NCBI GenBank assembly: GCA_964016885.1
Contig: OZ024742.1
Coordinates: forward strand, 86,118,001 to 86,182,000
Direction of reading: 5' to 3'
Length of the DNA stretch: 64,000 nucleotides
Source of the DNA: Eledone cirrhosa
Lineage: Eukaryota
In this document: positions 30,601-42,929 of the stretch, one piece after another
Position numbering within the stretch: position 1 is the first letter of the stretch
Layout of the letters: each line of letters opens with the position of its first letter
Position numbers and translations under genes: made by a program
The notes under the pieces: model-generated
Told to the model about the DNA's origin: nothing
Databases searched by the model: none
The model's input: the letters and a program-made list of their open reading frames with translations, nothing else

Positions 30601-31872
30601 TGCCCACAATACTTATGCTGTGCCAATTCTAACGCCAACATTTGGCCTACTGAACTGGTCATTGCAAGAACTAAGTGAGATGGATGTTAGAACTCGAAAA
30701 CTTCTCAGTGTTACTGGGAACTTTAACATCAATGGTGATGTGGATAGGCTATACTTCTCACGCTAGGAAGGTGGCCGGGGTCTAAAATCAATATTAACAA
30801 CATATGAGACCCGGATAGTAACACTGAAGCAACACCTTCAACAGAGGAAAAAAGTTGGCAACCATCTTGCCCAGGTTTAATTGCAAGAAAAAAGAAATAT
30901 CATTAGAATAGCGACTGATCTGGAGGAGAGATATGGAATAAAGCCTGATATAAATCTCTCACACAGAGAAATCGGAAGATCCTATTCAATGTTCAAACAA
31001 GATAAAAAATTGACCAATTTACAGAAAAAGTTGTGCATGGATACTTGAGGCGTAAAACACATACCATAGAGGGGATAAACCACTCAAAAAGCCTGGCATG
31101 GAGTTCCGACAAGTTTATGACATCACACCTTGAGGGATATCTCTATGCAATACAGGAACAAGAACTCCCTACCAAATATCTACTGCACAAAAGAGGAGGG
31201 CCAGCAGCTGACAATAAATGTAGGCTATGTAAAACAAAGATCGAGGATGTAAGCCACATTGTTGCCAGCTGCGAAAGAATGTCATCTCGCTACTACCTCC
31301 CAATGAGACACGATGGGATAGCTAGAACCATCTGGAACGCACTTCGGAAAACAAAATTAACAAAAAACGAGGAAGAATATATTGAGACAGATGGCACTAA
31401 GGAATACTGGTGGAACCTGAAAATAAAAAAACTGCCACCAAATTAAAGCACAACCGGCCTGATATTGTAGTTTGGGACCACTCATTGAAAACGTGTTCTG
31501 TTGTGGAGATCAGCTGCCCACTTGATGTAAACGTTGTCAGAAAAATCAGGAGAAGGAGGACATCTACGGACCATTGATGAGGAGTTTACAAATCCAGTAT
31601 CCAAGATACACCTTTAGCTTCATACCCATCATTATTGGTGCTACGGGTTATATACCAACACGCTTGGACTAAAGTATGACTGAACTTGGATTTGCGGACA
31701 AAACGCGCAGCTCCCTAATTCATAGTCTACAAATGGCTGCGATAGCTGGCACCTTCAAAATTTGCAAAACATTCTTGCGATTCAAGGGATGACAATTTCT
31801 TTTCTTTTACAACCTTGCCACCAGGAAAGTGGCTGGTCAAAAAAATATACTCGAAATTAAGAGAAAGAGAAA
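27686..31872 (+). mobile_element. Near full-length R4/Dong-clade non-LTR retrotransposon (RT + CCHC + restriction-like endonuclease), pseudogenised
   Basis: ORF ~28291-31792: NYRPIAC, DYQKAFDSV, GIFQGDSLS, FVDDLK, CRLC..E..HI..C, RHD, RPDI..VEISCP. Several stops and frameshifts; (ACAT)n at both ends. Confidence 0.92.
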
Positions 31873-32207
31873 ACATACATACATACATACATACATACAT
31901 ACATACATACATACATACATACAGATATATAGAGAGATAGGGAGACAGAAAGATGCCTAATTTGAGAAATGTCTTTGCAGTTCAATGAATATATGCTTCA
32001 TTGTATTGAAAATAATTATGGGATTATATTTTAACAATTGGTTTAAATCTACGTAAACTGAGACTCGTTGAACGCTATTGACGGCTATTTCTGGTCCAGA
32101 AATAACCGTCGAGACGGCTTGAGCTCTGCAGTCGGGGTCATATCTTTTCCCTACGATTTTGTATTTCGTTTCGCTTTTTTCTACCAGCCGAAATACGATT
32201 CTCACTG

Positions 32208-32284
<77 letters not shown>

Positions 32285-32293
32285 TATATATAT

Positions 32294-32500
32294 TATTAGA
32301 AATGTAAGCTATCGCCCTATTTTGACTATAGAAATTAAAGTTTCATGTACGTCAATACTCATCTTTTTCCATTTCTCCGAGGGATCTTAACCCCACTATC
32401 AGGCTAAATAATTTCTTTAATTTCTATAGTCAAAATACGGCGATAGCTTACATTTCTAATAAGTTCAAACCCACTCTCTGTTTCGAAAATATTCTTACTA
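32294..32500. repeat. 47-bp inverted repeat (32294-32340 / 32415-32461) of a small family also at 3080-3185 and 26675-26820
   Basis: Shared tactcatct..gagggttct..accccac(t/c)atcaggctaa..agctt..tttctaat. Confidence 0.8.
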
Positions 32501-33107
32501 TATATATATAAATATATAGAATCACTTAAGGTATCATAACTTACAATACATGTATGATGATTATGAGTCACAATACAAATTTGCCCTGTATATCAATGGC
32601 TAAAAATAATACATATTTTTATAAATGTATATAGAGAAATACCAACATATCGAATGCCGCGAAACTAAATATCCGATGAATCATCTTTGGTTCCGTTACA
32701 TTAGAGTACACAACAATCGTATATTTATCGGGATCTGTGCCAGCATATACAGCATATAGGACTGGACGTCATATCCACGAACAAGAGTAGCGAAATACTT
32801 GTCACAGTGTAAGCAGCCCTACACATTAAGAATTTGGAGCATTTATATATTAATTTAAGGTGCATAACATATACAATATTTATGGTCATTAAATACTTTC
32901 TGAAGAAAAACGCAATGGACATTGGCCAGAGCCTCGCTAATGCAAATTAAATGATATATTTATTTATATAGTGAAAAAAACATATATACTTTCAGAAGCA
33001 CTGTATTTTGTACATATATATGAGACATGTGTGCACTTAGTATGCACGTTTTCCGAAATCTGTGCCTTCTAATTATGCACAAAATATTATGCGGTTCTCA
33101 AAAGATT

Positions 33108-33158
<51 letters not shown>

Positions 33159-33162
<4 letters not shown>

Positions 33163-35105
33163 GAAAGAAGAGTGACTCGGTTTGCTATACAAAAAATGTT
33201 TTTTAATCTCATTGCTGACAATTGTTTCTATGAACTGGTAGGTCTAGAGATCGCTACCCGCCTGTTTTCGCGTCATTCCATCACCAACACATAGTTGTAA
33301 CCAGTCAATTCTTCAAAGTTTGCGAGAATGAAAGGAATACTCAGGTATGGCTTCTATATATAGTAATGGCATTCAATCAGAACAATAACAACAATACTAA
33401 CAATGCTAGTAATAAATTATTTGAAATAATCACAACATCAATCTAAGTAAGAAATATAGTATATCTACAACTTTAGAGTGTAAAACGAGCAGACATGAGG
33501 CAGATATATGAAATTGACATGTAAAAGCTGTCATGGTGTGTATTATATATAGTGTAGAGATAAGAAGGTGGCTTTAAACAATGTACTATTTCCTTTACCG
33601 TAGGTCTGGTGACCATAAGAATTATTTATTATCTGACAGATAAAATATTTATGATTGTAGTGAGACTAGTAATATTTGTGGTGTGAAGTGGATTCAATAT
33701 TTTTGTGGTCTATATTAGAGGAAGGGATTGTTAGTTCGAATCATGGGGTTGTTTAGCTTTCAGATCATTAATAACATACATGTATAAGATAACATTAACA
33801 GAGTAGCAATATATTAGGTAAGTTAATAGAGAGGCAATATATATATATATAGAAAACATGCTGACTACAATTATAACAGGAGGAAGGTGATGTTTTCCTG
33901 TAGTAGTATTCTGAAAATGTACTTGGATTTAGGTTCATTTGTTGAGAATCAAGGGTGAGGAAGTTGTGTTGACAGCAGCTGAGAATGAATATATTTATAG
34001 GTTGATAAGTTACTTGCAGACTTTTCTGTGGTATAGAATTAAGAAGGCTAGAATTTACTTAATGATTATAGTTCTGTGGTCCGTTTAATATTGTGGATAT
34101 CGTATGTTGAATGCTAAGTTATGTCGGTTCGATTCACGGAGGCTTAAATCCTGTGAATATAGTGGCGATCATGTGTCTGCAGAGAATTGATCTTTCTAAC
34201 TTGTTGTTGAATAGCCTTTTTACATTTCTAGGGATATACAGTAATTCTAGATCACAGAGCCTACAGTAGGACATTCCGGTACTGTAAGCCCTTGCGGTCG
34301 ACAACCTCGACCAGTTGATATTGTAGTTGGTGTTATTGACCTTAAGTTCCCAGATAGTTTTGGCGAGGATTGTAGAACCCATAACTGCAAGTTTCTTCAT
34401 CGAGTGTCTGTGCACATACCATCTTTTTTTTAAAGTACCCACGGTGGATCCAATCTAATGCTAAGTGGAGTTGATAAATATTTTATCTGTCACATAATAA
34501 ATAATTCTTAAGCTCACCAGACGTACGGTAAAGGAAATAGTACATTAATACACCCCATGACAGCTTTTACATGTCAATTTCATACATCTGTCTCATGTCA
34601 GCTAGTTTTACACGCCAAAGTCGTAGATATACTATATTTCTTACTTAGACTGATGTTGTGATTATTTCAAATAATTTATTGCTAGCATTGTTAGTATTGT
34701 TGTTAATGTTCTGATTGAATGCCATTACTATATATAGAAGCCATACCCGTGTATTCCCTTCATTCTCGCAAGCTCTGATGAATTGACTGGTTACAACTAT
34801 GTATTGGTGATCGAATGACGCGAAAACAGGCGGGTAGCGATTTCTAGACCTAACAGTTCATAGAAATAATTGTCAGCAATGAGATTAAAAATCTTTTTTT
34901 GTATAGCAAACCGTGTCACTCGTCTTTCCTGATTTATCATTACTCCAAGAGTTAACAACATAGAAATCACCGCGTACTCGCTGTATCACTATGGAAACGC
35001 CTTGTTGAGTCAAACTTAGCCAAGCGTTGATATCATCTACTACTCGGAGTACCCTAACTGGACTACACCTAAGTGGATTACCTATAACAATAATCTGTTA
35101 TCCCG
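33159..35105 (-). mobile_element. 5'-truncated Naiad-like PLE (GIY-YIG C-terminus 34134-34442) with inverted arms 33159-33655 / 34478-34932
   Basis: KKRWYVHRHS..LAKTIWELK..YNINW..AYS..CRLCDLE..NNK. Arms are reverse complements; (TA)n flanks. Confidence 0.9.
34772..34877 (+). ncRNA. Type I hammerhead with ~80-nt stem II domain; mirror copy 33214-33319 (-)
   Basis: GCU-CUGAUGA-AUUGACUG..CAGUUCAUA-GAAA-(U/C)AAUUG-UC|AGC. Confidence 0.8.
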
Positions 35106-35122
35106 TATATATATATATATGT

Positions 35123-35260
35123 ATATTTATTAAAATAAAGATTAAGTAAACTTTAATCTGTTATTTTAATAAATATTTGCTCTACGTTTCTTATATATTT
35201 AATTATATTTACCCTTATCGAGCCCTGTTTGGATTTTAGACTTCAAATATATTATTATTA
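35123..35260 (+). mobile_element. 3' tail of the 4858-7720 PLE family with a short fold-back
   Basis: 35148-35260 matches 7612-7720. 35123-35147 is the imperfect reverse complement of 35150-35176. Confidence 0.8.
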
Positions 35261-35283
35261 CTCTATATATATATACATACATA

Positions 35284-35816
35284 CATGGTGGCTGCCAACT
35301 CGTTTTCGAGTACGACCACTACTTTTCATCCATGTAGGAGAACTCCTACCAATGCGCTGAACGAGCGTGACTTTTTGTCCAGCCAGCGGCTTGAAAACTC
35401 TGGTACAAACACTACACTTGTGACAATTACTGACCCATAGTGCTGGGCCCATGGTACCATGTGATGACAAGTGCAGATAGATCTCCAGATATAAAGCAAT
35501 GCCTGTGCCGTGGAGCTTTTATAGTGAGCAAAGGCACTGCACAAAACCAGTCCCACTCTCGTAGCCAATATGATATTTATCATAAAGAAGAACAAGTCAA
35601 CATCATTGGATACCATCAGGGTTGCAGGTGTTATATCAGAGTTTTCCTTCTTCTAGAATTCTGCCTTGACAAAGGCTAAGGGGGTCATCTCTCCCGGTGA
35701 TTTTGGATGGCCATTGACTCTTAAGAGCTCCTTTGCCCTTTGGCAGGTTTTGTGTTTAGTCCTGCAGGATGTCCAAAGTCACCCTCCTCACCAAGAAACC
35801 TTGGTGGGGTTGCCAG
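35284..35816 (-). mobile_element. RTE-derived non-autonomous element (copy 1, 5'-truncated) with (GTAT)n tail
   Basis: RTE 5'UTR-like GAAGGAAAACTCTGATAT plus an RTE-type 3' stem-loop tail TACTCGAAAACGAGTTGGCAGCCACCAT. Confidence 0.75.
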
Positions 35817-35884
35817 TATACATACATACATACATACATACATACATACATACATACATACATACATACATACATACATACATA

Positions 35885-36475
35885 CATGGTGGCTGCCAAC
35901 TCGTGTTCGAGTACGGCCACTACTTTATATCCATGTAGGAGAACCCCTACCGATGGGAGTTCAGCCGGCGACTTGAAGACTCTGGTACAAACACTACACC
36001 TGTGACAATTATTAACGCACAGTGCTGGGCCCATGGTACCATGTGACGACAAGTGCAGAGAGATCTCCAGATATAAAGCAATGCCTGTGCCGTGAAGCTT
36101 TTATAGTGAGCAAAGGCACTGCACAAAGCCATTTCCACTCTATTAAACAAGATGATATTTACCAAAAAGAAGAACAAGTCAACATCATTGGATTCCATCA
36201 GAGTCGCAGGTGTTATATCAGAGTTTACCTTCTCCTAGAATTCTGCCTTGACAAAGGCTAAGGGGTCATCTCTCCCGGTGATTTTGGATGGCCATTGAAT
36301 CTTAAGAGCTCCTTTGCCCTTCGACAGGTTTTGCTCTTATTCCTGCAGGTTGTCCAAAGTCACCCTCCTCACCAAGAAACCTTGGTGGGGTTGCCTGTTT
36401 AGTCGCCAACGACCCGACCATGAGTCAGGTTGTACTGGGATACATCTTACCAGTAGCAACAACTGGTGACCTGAC
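35885..36475 (-). mobile_element. RTE-derived non-autonomous element (copy 2)
   Basis: High identity to copy 1; extends ~80 bp further 5'. Confidence 0.75.
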
Positions 36476-36498
36476 ATACCTACATACATACATACATA

Positions 36499-36611
36499 CA
36501 TGATGGCTGCCCCCTCGTTATCGAGTATGGCCATTGCACGATGAGAAAAAAAAGAAAATGAATAAAAAATAAATTAAAATAAAAAATAAAAAGAAATATA
36601 TATATATATAT

Positions 36612-36668
<57 letters not shown>

Positions 36669-37522
36669 CACACATACATACACATATACACACACACACA
36701 CACACACATACACACACACATACATTGATAACAATAATAATAATAATAATAATAACAACAATAATAATAACGACAACAACAATAATAATATACATATACA
36801 TATATATATACACACACACGCATACACATAAGCTTATATATACACACACACACACGATAGCAACTAACAGCTCTGCGATCGAATGTGGCTTTTTAGCCCA
36901 GCCAATGATCTAAAATGTCTTGCACAGAGTCGGTAACCAAAACATTCACTTGGAATAGTCGGCTGTGTTTGGAGTTCGTGTACTTTTGCATGTTGCTTGA
37001 GCACTCCTGCTGATTTACATTCTCTACCACATGCTTGGCAAGCATGATGAGTAGCATCTCTAACAGCAGCCTGGTAGTCAACCACTGGTCTTACTTTATG
37101 ACTTCGAAGATGACTTTCGAGTCCAGCTTTGCTTAGGCAGAGTCTCGCACAGACGCTGCATGTCAGCACCATAGGAGGACCCTCGCCGTCTGGAAGTGCA
37201 ACAGCAATGCCCTTCCTCACATCCCGCTTTACTTTCTCGTATGCGATTCGAGATGCCTCAAAGGCAACTTTTCCCTCATATACAGTCTTTCTCCATTTAT
37301 TACGATCAGCAGCAATATTTTCCCATGTATCAGCAGAGATGTTAGCGTCTTTCAGAGAGCCTTTCAAGGAATCCTTATACCTCTTTTTTGGTTTATGTGG
37401 CGGTCGTTTTCCTTTAACCAACTCTCCATAAAAGAGTTGTTTTGGTATTCTAGAATCCTTCATCCTGGCAAGGTGACCACTCCAACAGAGTCGTTGCTTA
37501 AGCACAAGAGCTTCTATACTGT
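36499..37522 (-). mobile_element. RTE-clade LINE 3' fragment with three C-terminal C2H2-type fingers; tail at 36499-36545 separated by simple repeats
   Basis: [39 protein letters not shown]; CSVC..HLRSH, CQAC..HAKVH, degenerate third finger. Confidence 0.9.
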
Positions 37523-37589
37523 CATACATACATACATACATACAAACATACGTACATACATATGGTGGGGTTGCTAGTATACATACATG

Positions 37590-37659
<70 letters not shown>

Positions 37660-37977
37660 CACACACACATATATATATATATATATACTATTAACTTACT
37701 TACTAAAATTTCACTCCCAACTAATTAGTTTCTGAAATGGAATAAATATATTTTCTGAAGAAGATATGGAGAATCATTTCGTCGTGAGGGAAGTCTATTC
37801 TCAGCTAAGTTTCCAGGCAAAGCATGGACTCTGGAAAACTTATACAAAAATAATTCAGTGGATAGAAAATAGCAAAGCGTGGACTGAATTCCTAGCCATT
37901 GAGAAAATCACTGCCTACTGCGTCGGTAGCAGATTCAAAAAGAATCAATCACGTGACATCGAGGTTAATCAGTATAT

Positions 37978-39130
37978 ATATAACTGAACAAAAAAGAAAA
38001 ACGAACACAGACATATACATATATGTGTTCAAATTGTAAGGGGCCATATTCACTAAGGTGAAGAGAATACTAACTATAGACAATAGGGTGTGCCAGACTC
38101 AATTTAAGAATAAATCAAGAAAATAATTATAAACCAGAATTTTGGTAACTACCAATCACCCGGACAGTTTTGATAATACTGTTTCGCAATATTAATTGTG
38201 AAGAGGAATACTAAATTCTTGCTCATCAGCGGGTGAGGAATTATTAGTATCCTAGTCACTTCTACGTATATAAAAAAACTGGATAATATGCGTATGTATA
38301 ACAACGCACATGGTTTCAGAACTTAGCGTGTCTTGCAGACTGATACCACTTAAAATAGCAGCCGGGTTTACTCGACATTTGAATTATCTCGACGATTTAA
38401 CGGAGCCGAAAATATCAAATTATATATTGAGTTAGAAACTCAAAATAGTCTCCTACAATAAATTAGCTCTAGCAAAGAGATTTTTACGAGCCGTATAATA
38501 TAACTGAACAAAAAAGAAAAACGAACACAGACATATACATATATGTGTTCAAATTGTAAGGGACCAGATTCGCTAAGGTGAAGAGAATACTAACTATAGA
38601 CAATAGTGTTTGCCAGACTCAATTTAAGAATAAATCAAGAAAATAATTACAAACCAGAATTGTCGTAACTACCGTTAATTTGTCGAGCTATTTCAAATGT
38701 CGAGTAAACCCGGCTGCTATTTTCAGTGGTGAGAGTCTGTGAGACACGCTAGGTTCTGATAACATGTGCGTTGTTATATATACGCACATTATCCAGTTTT
38801 ATTAATATACTTAGCAGTGACCAGGATACTAATAATTCTTCACTGCGAAACAGTATTATCAAAACTGTCCGGGTGATTGGTAGTTACCACAATTCTGGTT
38901 TGTATTTATTTTCTTGAATTACTCTTAAATTGAGTCTGGCAGACCCTATTGTCTATAGTTAGTATTCTCTTCACCTTAGCGAATCTGGTCCCTTACGATT
39001 TGAACACATATATGTATATGTCTGTGTTCGTTTTTCTTTTTTGTTCAGTCATATTATACGGCTCGGAAAAATCTCTTTCCTAGAGGTAATTTATTGTAGG
39101 AGACTATTTTCAGTTTCTACCTCAATATAT
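37978..39130. mobile_element. ORF-less HHR element: ~520 bp unit x1.3 (37978-38673) then an inverted copy (38680-39130)
   Basis: taactgaacaaaaaagaaaaacgaacac at 37981 and 38501, reverse complement at ~39025-39050. Confidence 0.88.
38156..38236 (-). ncRNA. Type I hammerhead (canonical, looped stem III)
   Basis: UCACCCG-CUGAUGA-GCAA..UUGC-GAAA-CAGU-auuaucaaa-ACUG-UC|CGGGUGA. The inverted copy at 38836-38876 lacks the core. Confidence 0.92.
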
Positions 39131-39146
39131 ACCTTTAATATATATA

Positions 39147-39225
<79 letters not shown>

Positions 39226-39290
39226 AAAGTTAAACAAGATTCATGACTGAATCTTAACCATCTATGTCAGTGTATGTCATGCATCATCTT

Positions 39291-39355
39291 ATTTTATCTG
39301 ATGAGGACGTACTGTTGAAGTTAACTCAGTACCTGTGAAATATGTATAATAAAAT
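39291..39355 (+). ncRNA. Type I hammerhead
   Basis: AUUUUAU-CUGAUGA-GG(AC)GUACUG..CAGUACC-UGU-GAAA-UAUGUA-UA|AUAAAAU. Confidence 0.8.
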
Positions 39356-39434
39356 ATACTTGATCACAAGAATATTTATTTTGTTAATATTCTGAATTAA
39401 TATATATATTTATATATATATATATATATATATG

Positions 39435-40200
39435 TTCCCTTTTGCTTTCCTTCCCTCCCTCCTCCGTTTTCCGAATAACCTATCCAGTTTTTGACGCCCT
39501 GGAGTGAGATGTCTTTTCTTTAAACCGTAGAAATATCCGAGACCCCCGGTAGACAACTGATGAGGAAAACTCCCCCCACCTCCGTTCTTGCTTTCTTCGT
39601 TACCTTAAATAGCAACTACTTAGCCATTTTTATTCTCCATGTATTTCATCATGTTTTCGCTGTGACCATTCTTCTCTCCCCTTCTACCTACCGGTTTCGC
39701 TACTTTCTACTCTTACCCGTCTTTCTTCCGCACCCTTTCTCCCTATCTATTCTTACACCACTTTCTTCCTCTTCCTTTCTCCCTCTCACTTTCGCCCCCC
39801 TCACCTGACCGTTTAGCAGTTCTCTTCTCACTTACAACTGTGGCGATCAGACGTGTGTCTTTTTTCTCTCGGCCACTCAGTCTTGATCTTAAGTTCTCTT
39901 ATCGAGTGGTCTTGGATTTCCTTACCTTAAGTTGCTCACACATTGCTCGGTTTGTTGTTTCTTACTGTTTTCTCTTGTCTTACCTTTTGCTTTCCTTCCC
40001 CTTTCCTTCGTTTTCCCAATAACGTATCCAGTTATTGACGCCCTGGGGTGATATATCTTGTCTTTGTAACGTAGAAATATCCGCCGACCTCCAGTAGAGA
40101 ACTGATAAGGAAACTCCCCCACACGCGTTCTTGCTTTATTCTTATTCCCACTGCATTTTAAGTTACCTGACATAGCGACTACACAGCCAGTTTTATTCTC
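39435..40200. repeat. Partial tandem repeat, period ~550 bp (39435-39640 / 39982-40200), pyrimidine-rich, in (TA)n
   Basis: tttgctttccttccc..tatccagtt..ttgacgccctgg..gtagaaatatccg..aactgat is repeated. Confidence 0.8.
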
Positions 40201-40225
40201 TCCCTCTCTCACTATCTCTCTCTCT

Positions 40226-40270
<45 letters not shown>

Positions 40271-40431
40271 TATATGCAAAAGTTCTATTTACATTGTTGG
40301 GATACAACAAGCAAATATTATTATAACTCATATAAAGCACTCGACAAATATTTGGAGTAGATATACAATATTAACTATATTTATAAAACCACACACACAC
40401 ACACACCCCCACACACGCACACATACATTCT

Positions 40432-40471
<40 letters not shown>

Positions 40472-40650
40472 CACACACACATACACACACACATACACAC
40501 GCGTACATTAACATACAAAGAGACTTATACACACACACACATACACGCACTTCTCCGTATAAGAGAAAAGCTGAAAAATATCCTTTGACATGCTAAAATG
40601 CTTACAGACACATTCTTACTGACCATCCCTGCTACCACGAATTACTCTGC

Positions 40651-40681
<31 letters not shown>

Positions 40682-40792
40682 TTATCTGAATAGCCATTTG
40701 ACACACATCCCTGCTAACCATTATCACAACATCGAACACCTTACTACTACTACACACACACACATATTTGTTGTGAAAGAGTCGTTTCTCAA

Positions 40793-41040
40793 TCTTGGCG
40801 CAAAACCAATTTTTTTATTCACATGACCTCTACCGACCAATCAAAATTGTTTTGACCACAAGAATTTTTGCAAACACCAAGTAGCGCCGGAGCCACTTTT
40901 TTAACATAAAAACAGTCTTGGCGCAAAATCAATTTTTTACATTCACATGACCTCTACCGACCAATCAAAATTGTTTTGACCACAAGAATTTTTGCAACAC
41001 CAAAGTAGCGCTTGAGCCATTTTTTTTACATAAAAACAGG
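40793..41040. repeat. ~124 bp tandem duplication; weakly related to 13780-14080
   Basis: tcttggcgcaaaa..attcacatgacctctaccgaccaatcaaaattg..cataaaaacag x2. Confidence 0.85.
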
Positions 41041-41294
41041 TAGAATTCCCAAAACTAATCAGATCAGAGCAAACAACACGGACACTCTATCTCAAAATTA
41101 TTTTTGAAAAGCATTTAGAAATGCGCAACCGGTAAAAACTTAAAAACTTAAAACCACAACTGAATACTAACCCATACAATTACTAATACTCTTTTATTCC
41201 TAATTAAACCATTTTTCAACTGTGAACAATTTGTCAGCATTTTCTATTCCGTTTACCAATATATAATAACTTGTGTGTTACACCTCTATTCTTT

Positions 41295-41364
<70 letters not shown>

Positions 41365-41366
41365 GT

Positions 41367-41398
<32 letters not shown>

Positions 41399-41426
41399 GT
41401 TATATATATATATATATATATATAAC

Positions 41427-41488
<62 letters not shown>

Positions 41489-42929
41489 TGGTGTGAACAT
41501 GCATACAATTAACATTTCGTGTCGTTCGCTGATGGATTGAATCGAACTTATGGGCGTTCTTGCTCTCTCCATTTCTAGATTGCAAAAGTAGATTTATATA
41601 TGTATTCAAATGGATGTTTACTCACATATATCATATCTACAAAAAAGGTAGCAAAATCCCATGTTTGTATACATATACAAATCGATGTAAATTAACGGCA
41701 CATCTACACATTGTGAAACTGCATTTTTTCGAAACTGATTTTTATGCGGAATTTTCCTTGAAATTATCGCAGGCATTTCCTACCATATAAAATGTTGCGT
41801 GTGGAATAACATGGTGTTTTCAAACTTCTTATGTCTCCAGGGAACTTAATATTCTCTTTTGAGTTTGGCATCTGACTGTCATTTGAAAAGAACCGCGAGG
41901 TAGATTGTAAGAATTACAACAACCAAAATACAATGAAATACAACGTTTGAAATATTTATTTCCTTGTCTCTATTTTTATAAAACAAAGCTAGCTGGTCTA
42001 TGTTAACATTTGGTTACACTCATCCTTTTAATGTGGAGTCATATATGAGAAAAATATCAAAATCTATCAAAGTGTTCAATGAGAACGTTATAATCTGACA
42101 GCAAATTATTCCTTCCATTACATTACTATAACCTGAAAGTTGTAACCTCAAAATTGGCAAAAGATCGAGCGAAATCGTACTTACAAAATGCATGATAATT
42201 TTCGTTTTCAATAGAGCTATCAAAGTGCTATCTGTGAATGTTTGTGGTAGCACATTCATTTATGTCATGTGTTGCGGAAAGCGTTGATGCTTACAAATCA
42301 AATGAATACATTCATTTTAAGTGTAATGTTATATTTCAAACGGTTTACATACTATAATTCGGAAACAGTTAATGCAAATACATAAACACCGTATGGGGTT
42401 GTGTGAGTTGAATACCAAATTTTAGGAGAATAATAGGAAGCAAAAAGCACTGTCTGATTTACGGGAATCAAATACAACAAGAACAACTTTTGTAGTTGAT
42501 TTCTTTTCGCAAAGTACGTGATAATATGCTTGTACTTCCATTTTAATCACCAGGCCAAATTCTGCATACATATTCATTTATTTTAAGTGTCTAAACAAAT
42601 ATCCCCTTTCTACTCTAATGCTTCAATGATGTACGTTTCTCATTTTTAAGAATATTTAACCATTATATTTGAACCTGAAAATATTTTCAACGTCAAAATC
42701 GTTTCTTGTATTGTAATCTCTCCTCCTTATTAATTTCGTGATGATTGAAATTGGCAGCCGTGCTGGATGTGGTTTCACGACAAATGGATTTAAATTGAAT
42801 CGGCTGGAGTTTACAAATGCCATGGAGTTTCTAAACTCGACAGAAGGTGATCTCCGTCTTGCATTTCTTAGGTTTGATGCCGAGTACTGCATGGTTCGAA
42901 TAGAAGACAGTACTGTGCAACGTGAGACA

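Noticed and set aside
32341-32414. CUGAUAG..GAAA on the minus strand (also near 3100 and 26720)
   Set aside because: Core lacks G8/A9 and there is no consistent stem I/III across the three copies.
36395-36475. Possible HDV-like ribozyme at the 5' end of the RTE-derived element (GUCAGGU/ACCUGAC helix, CUAA motif)
   Set aside because: I could not fit P1.1 and P2 of the nested double pseudoknot; needs a covariance search.
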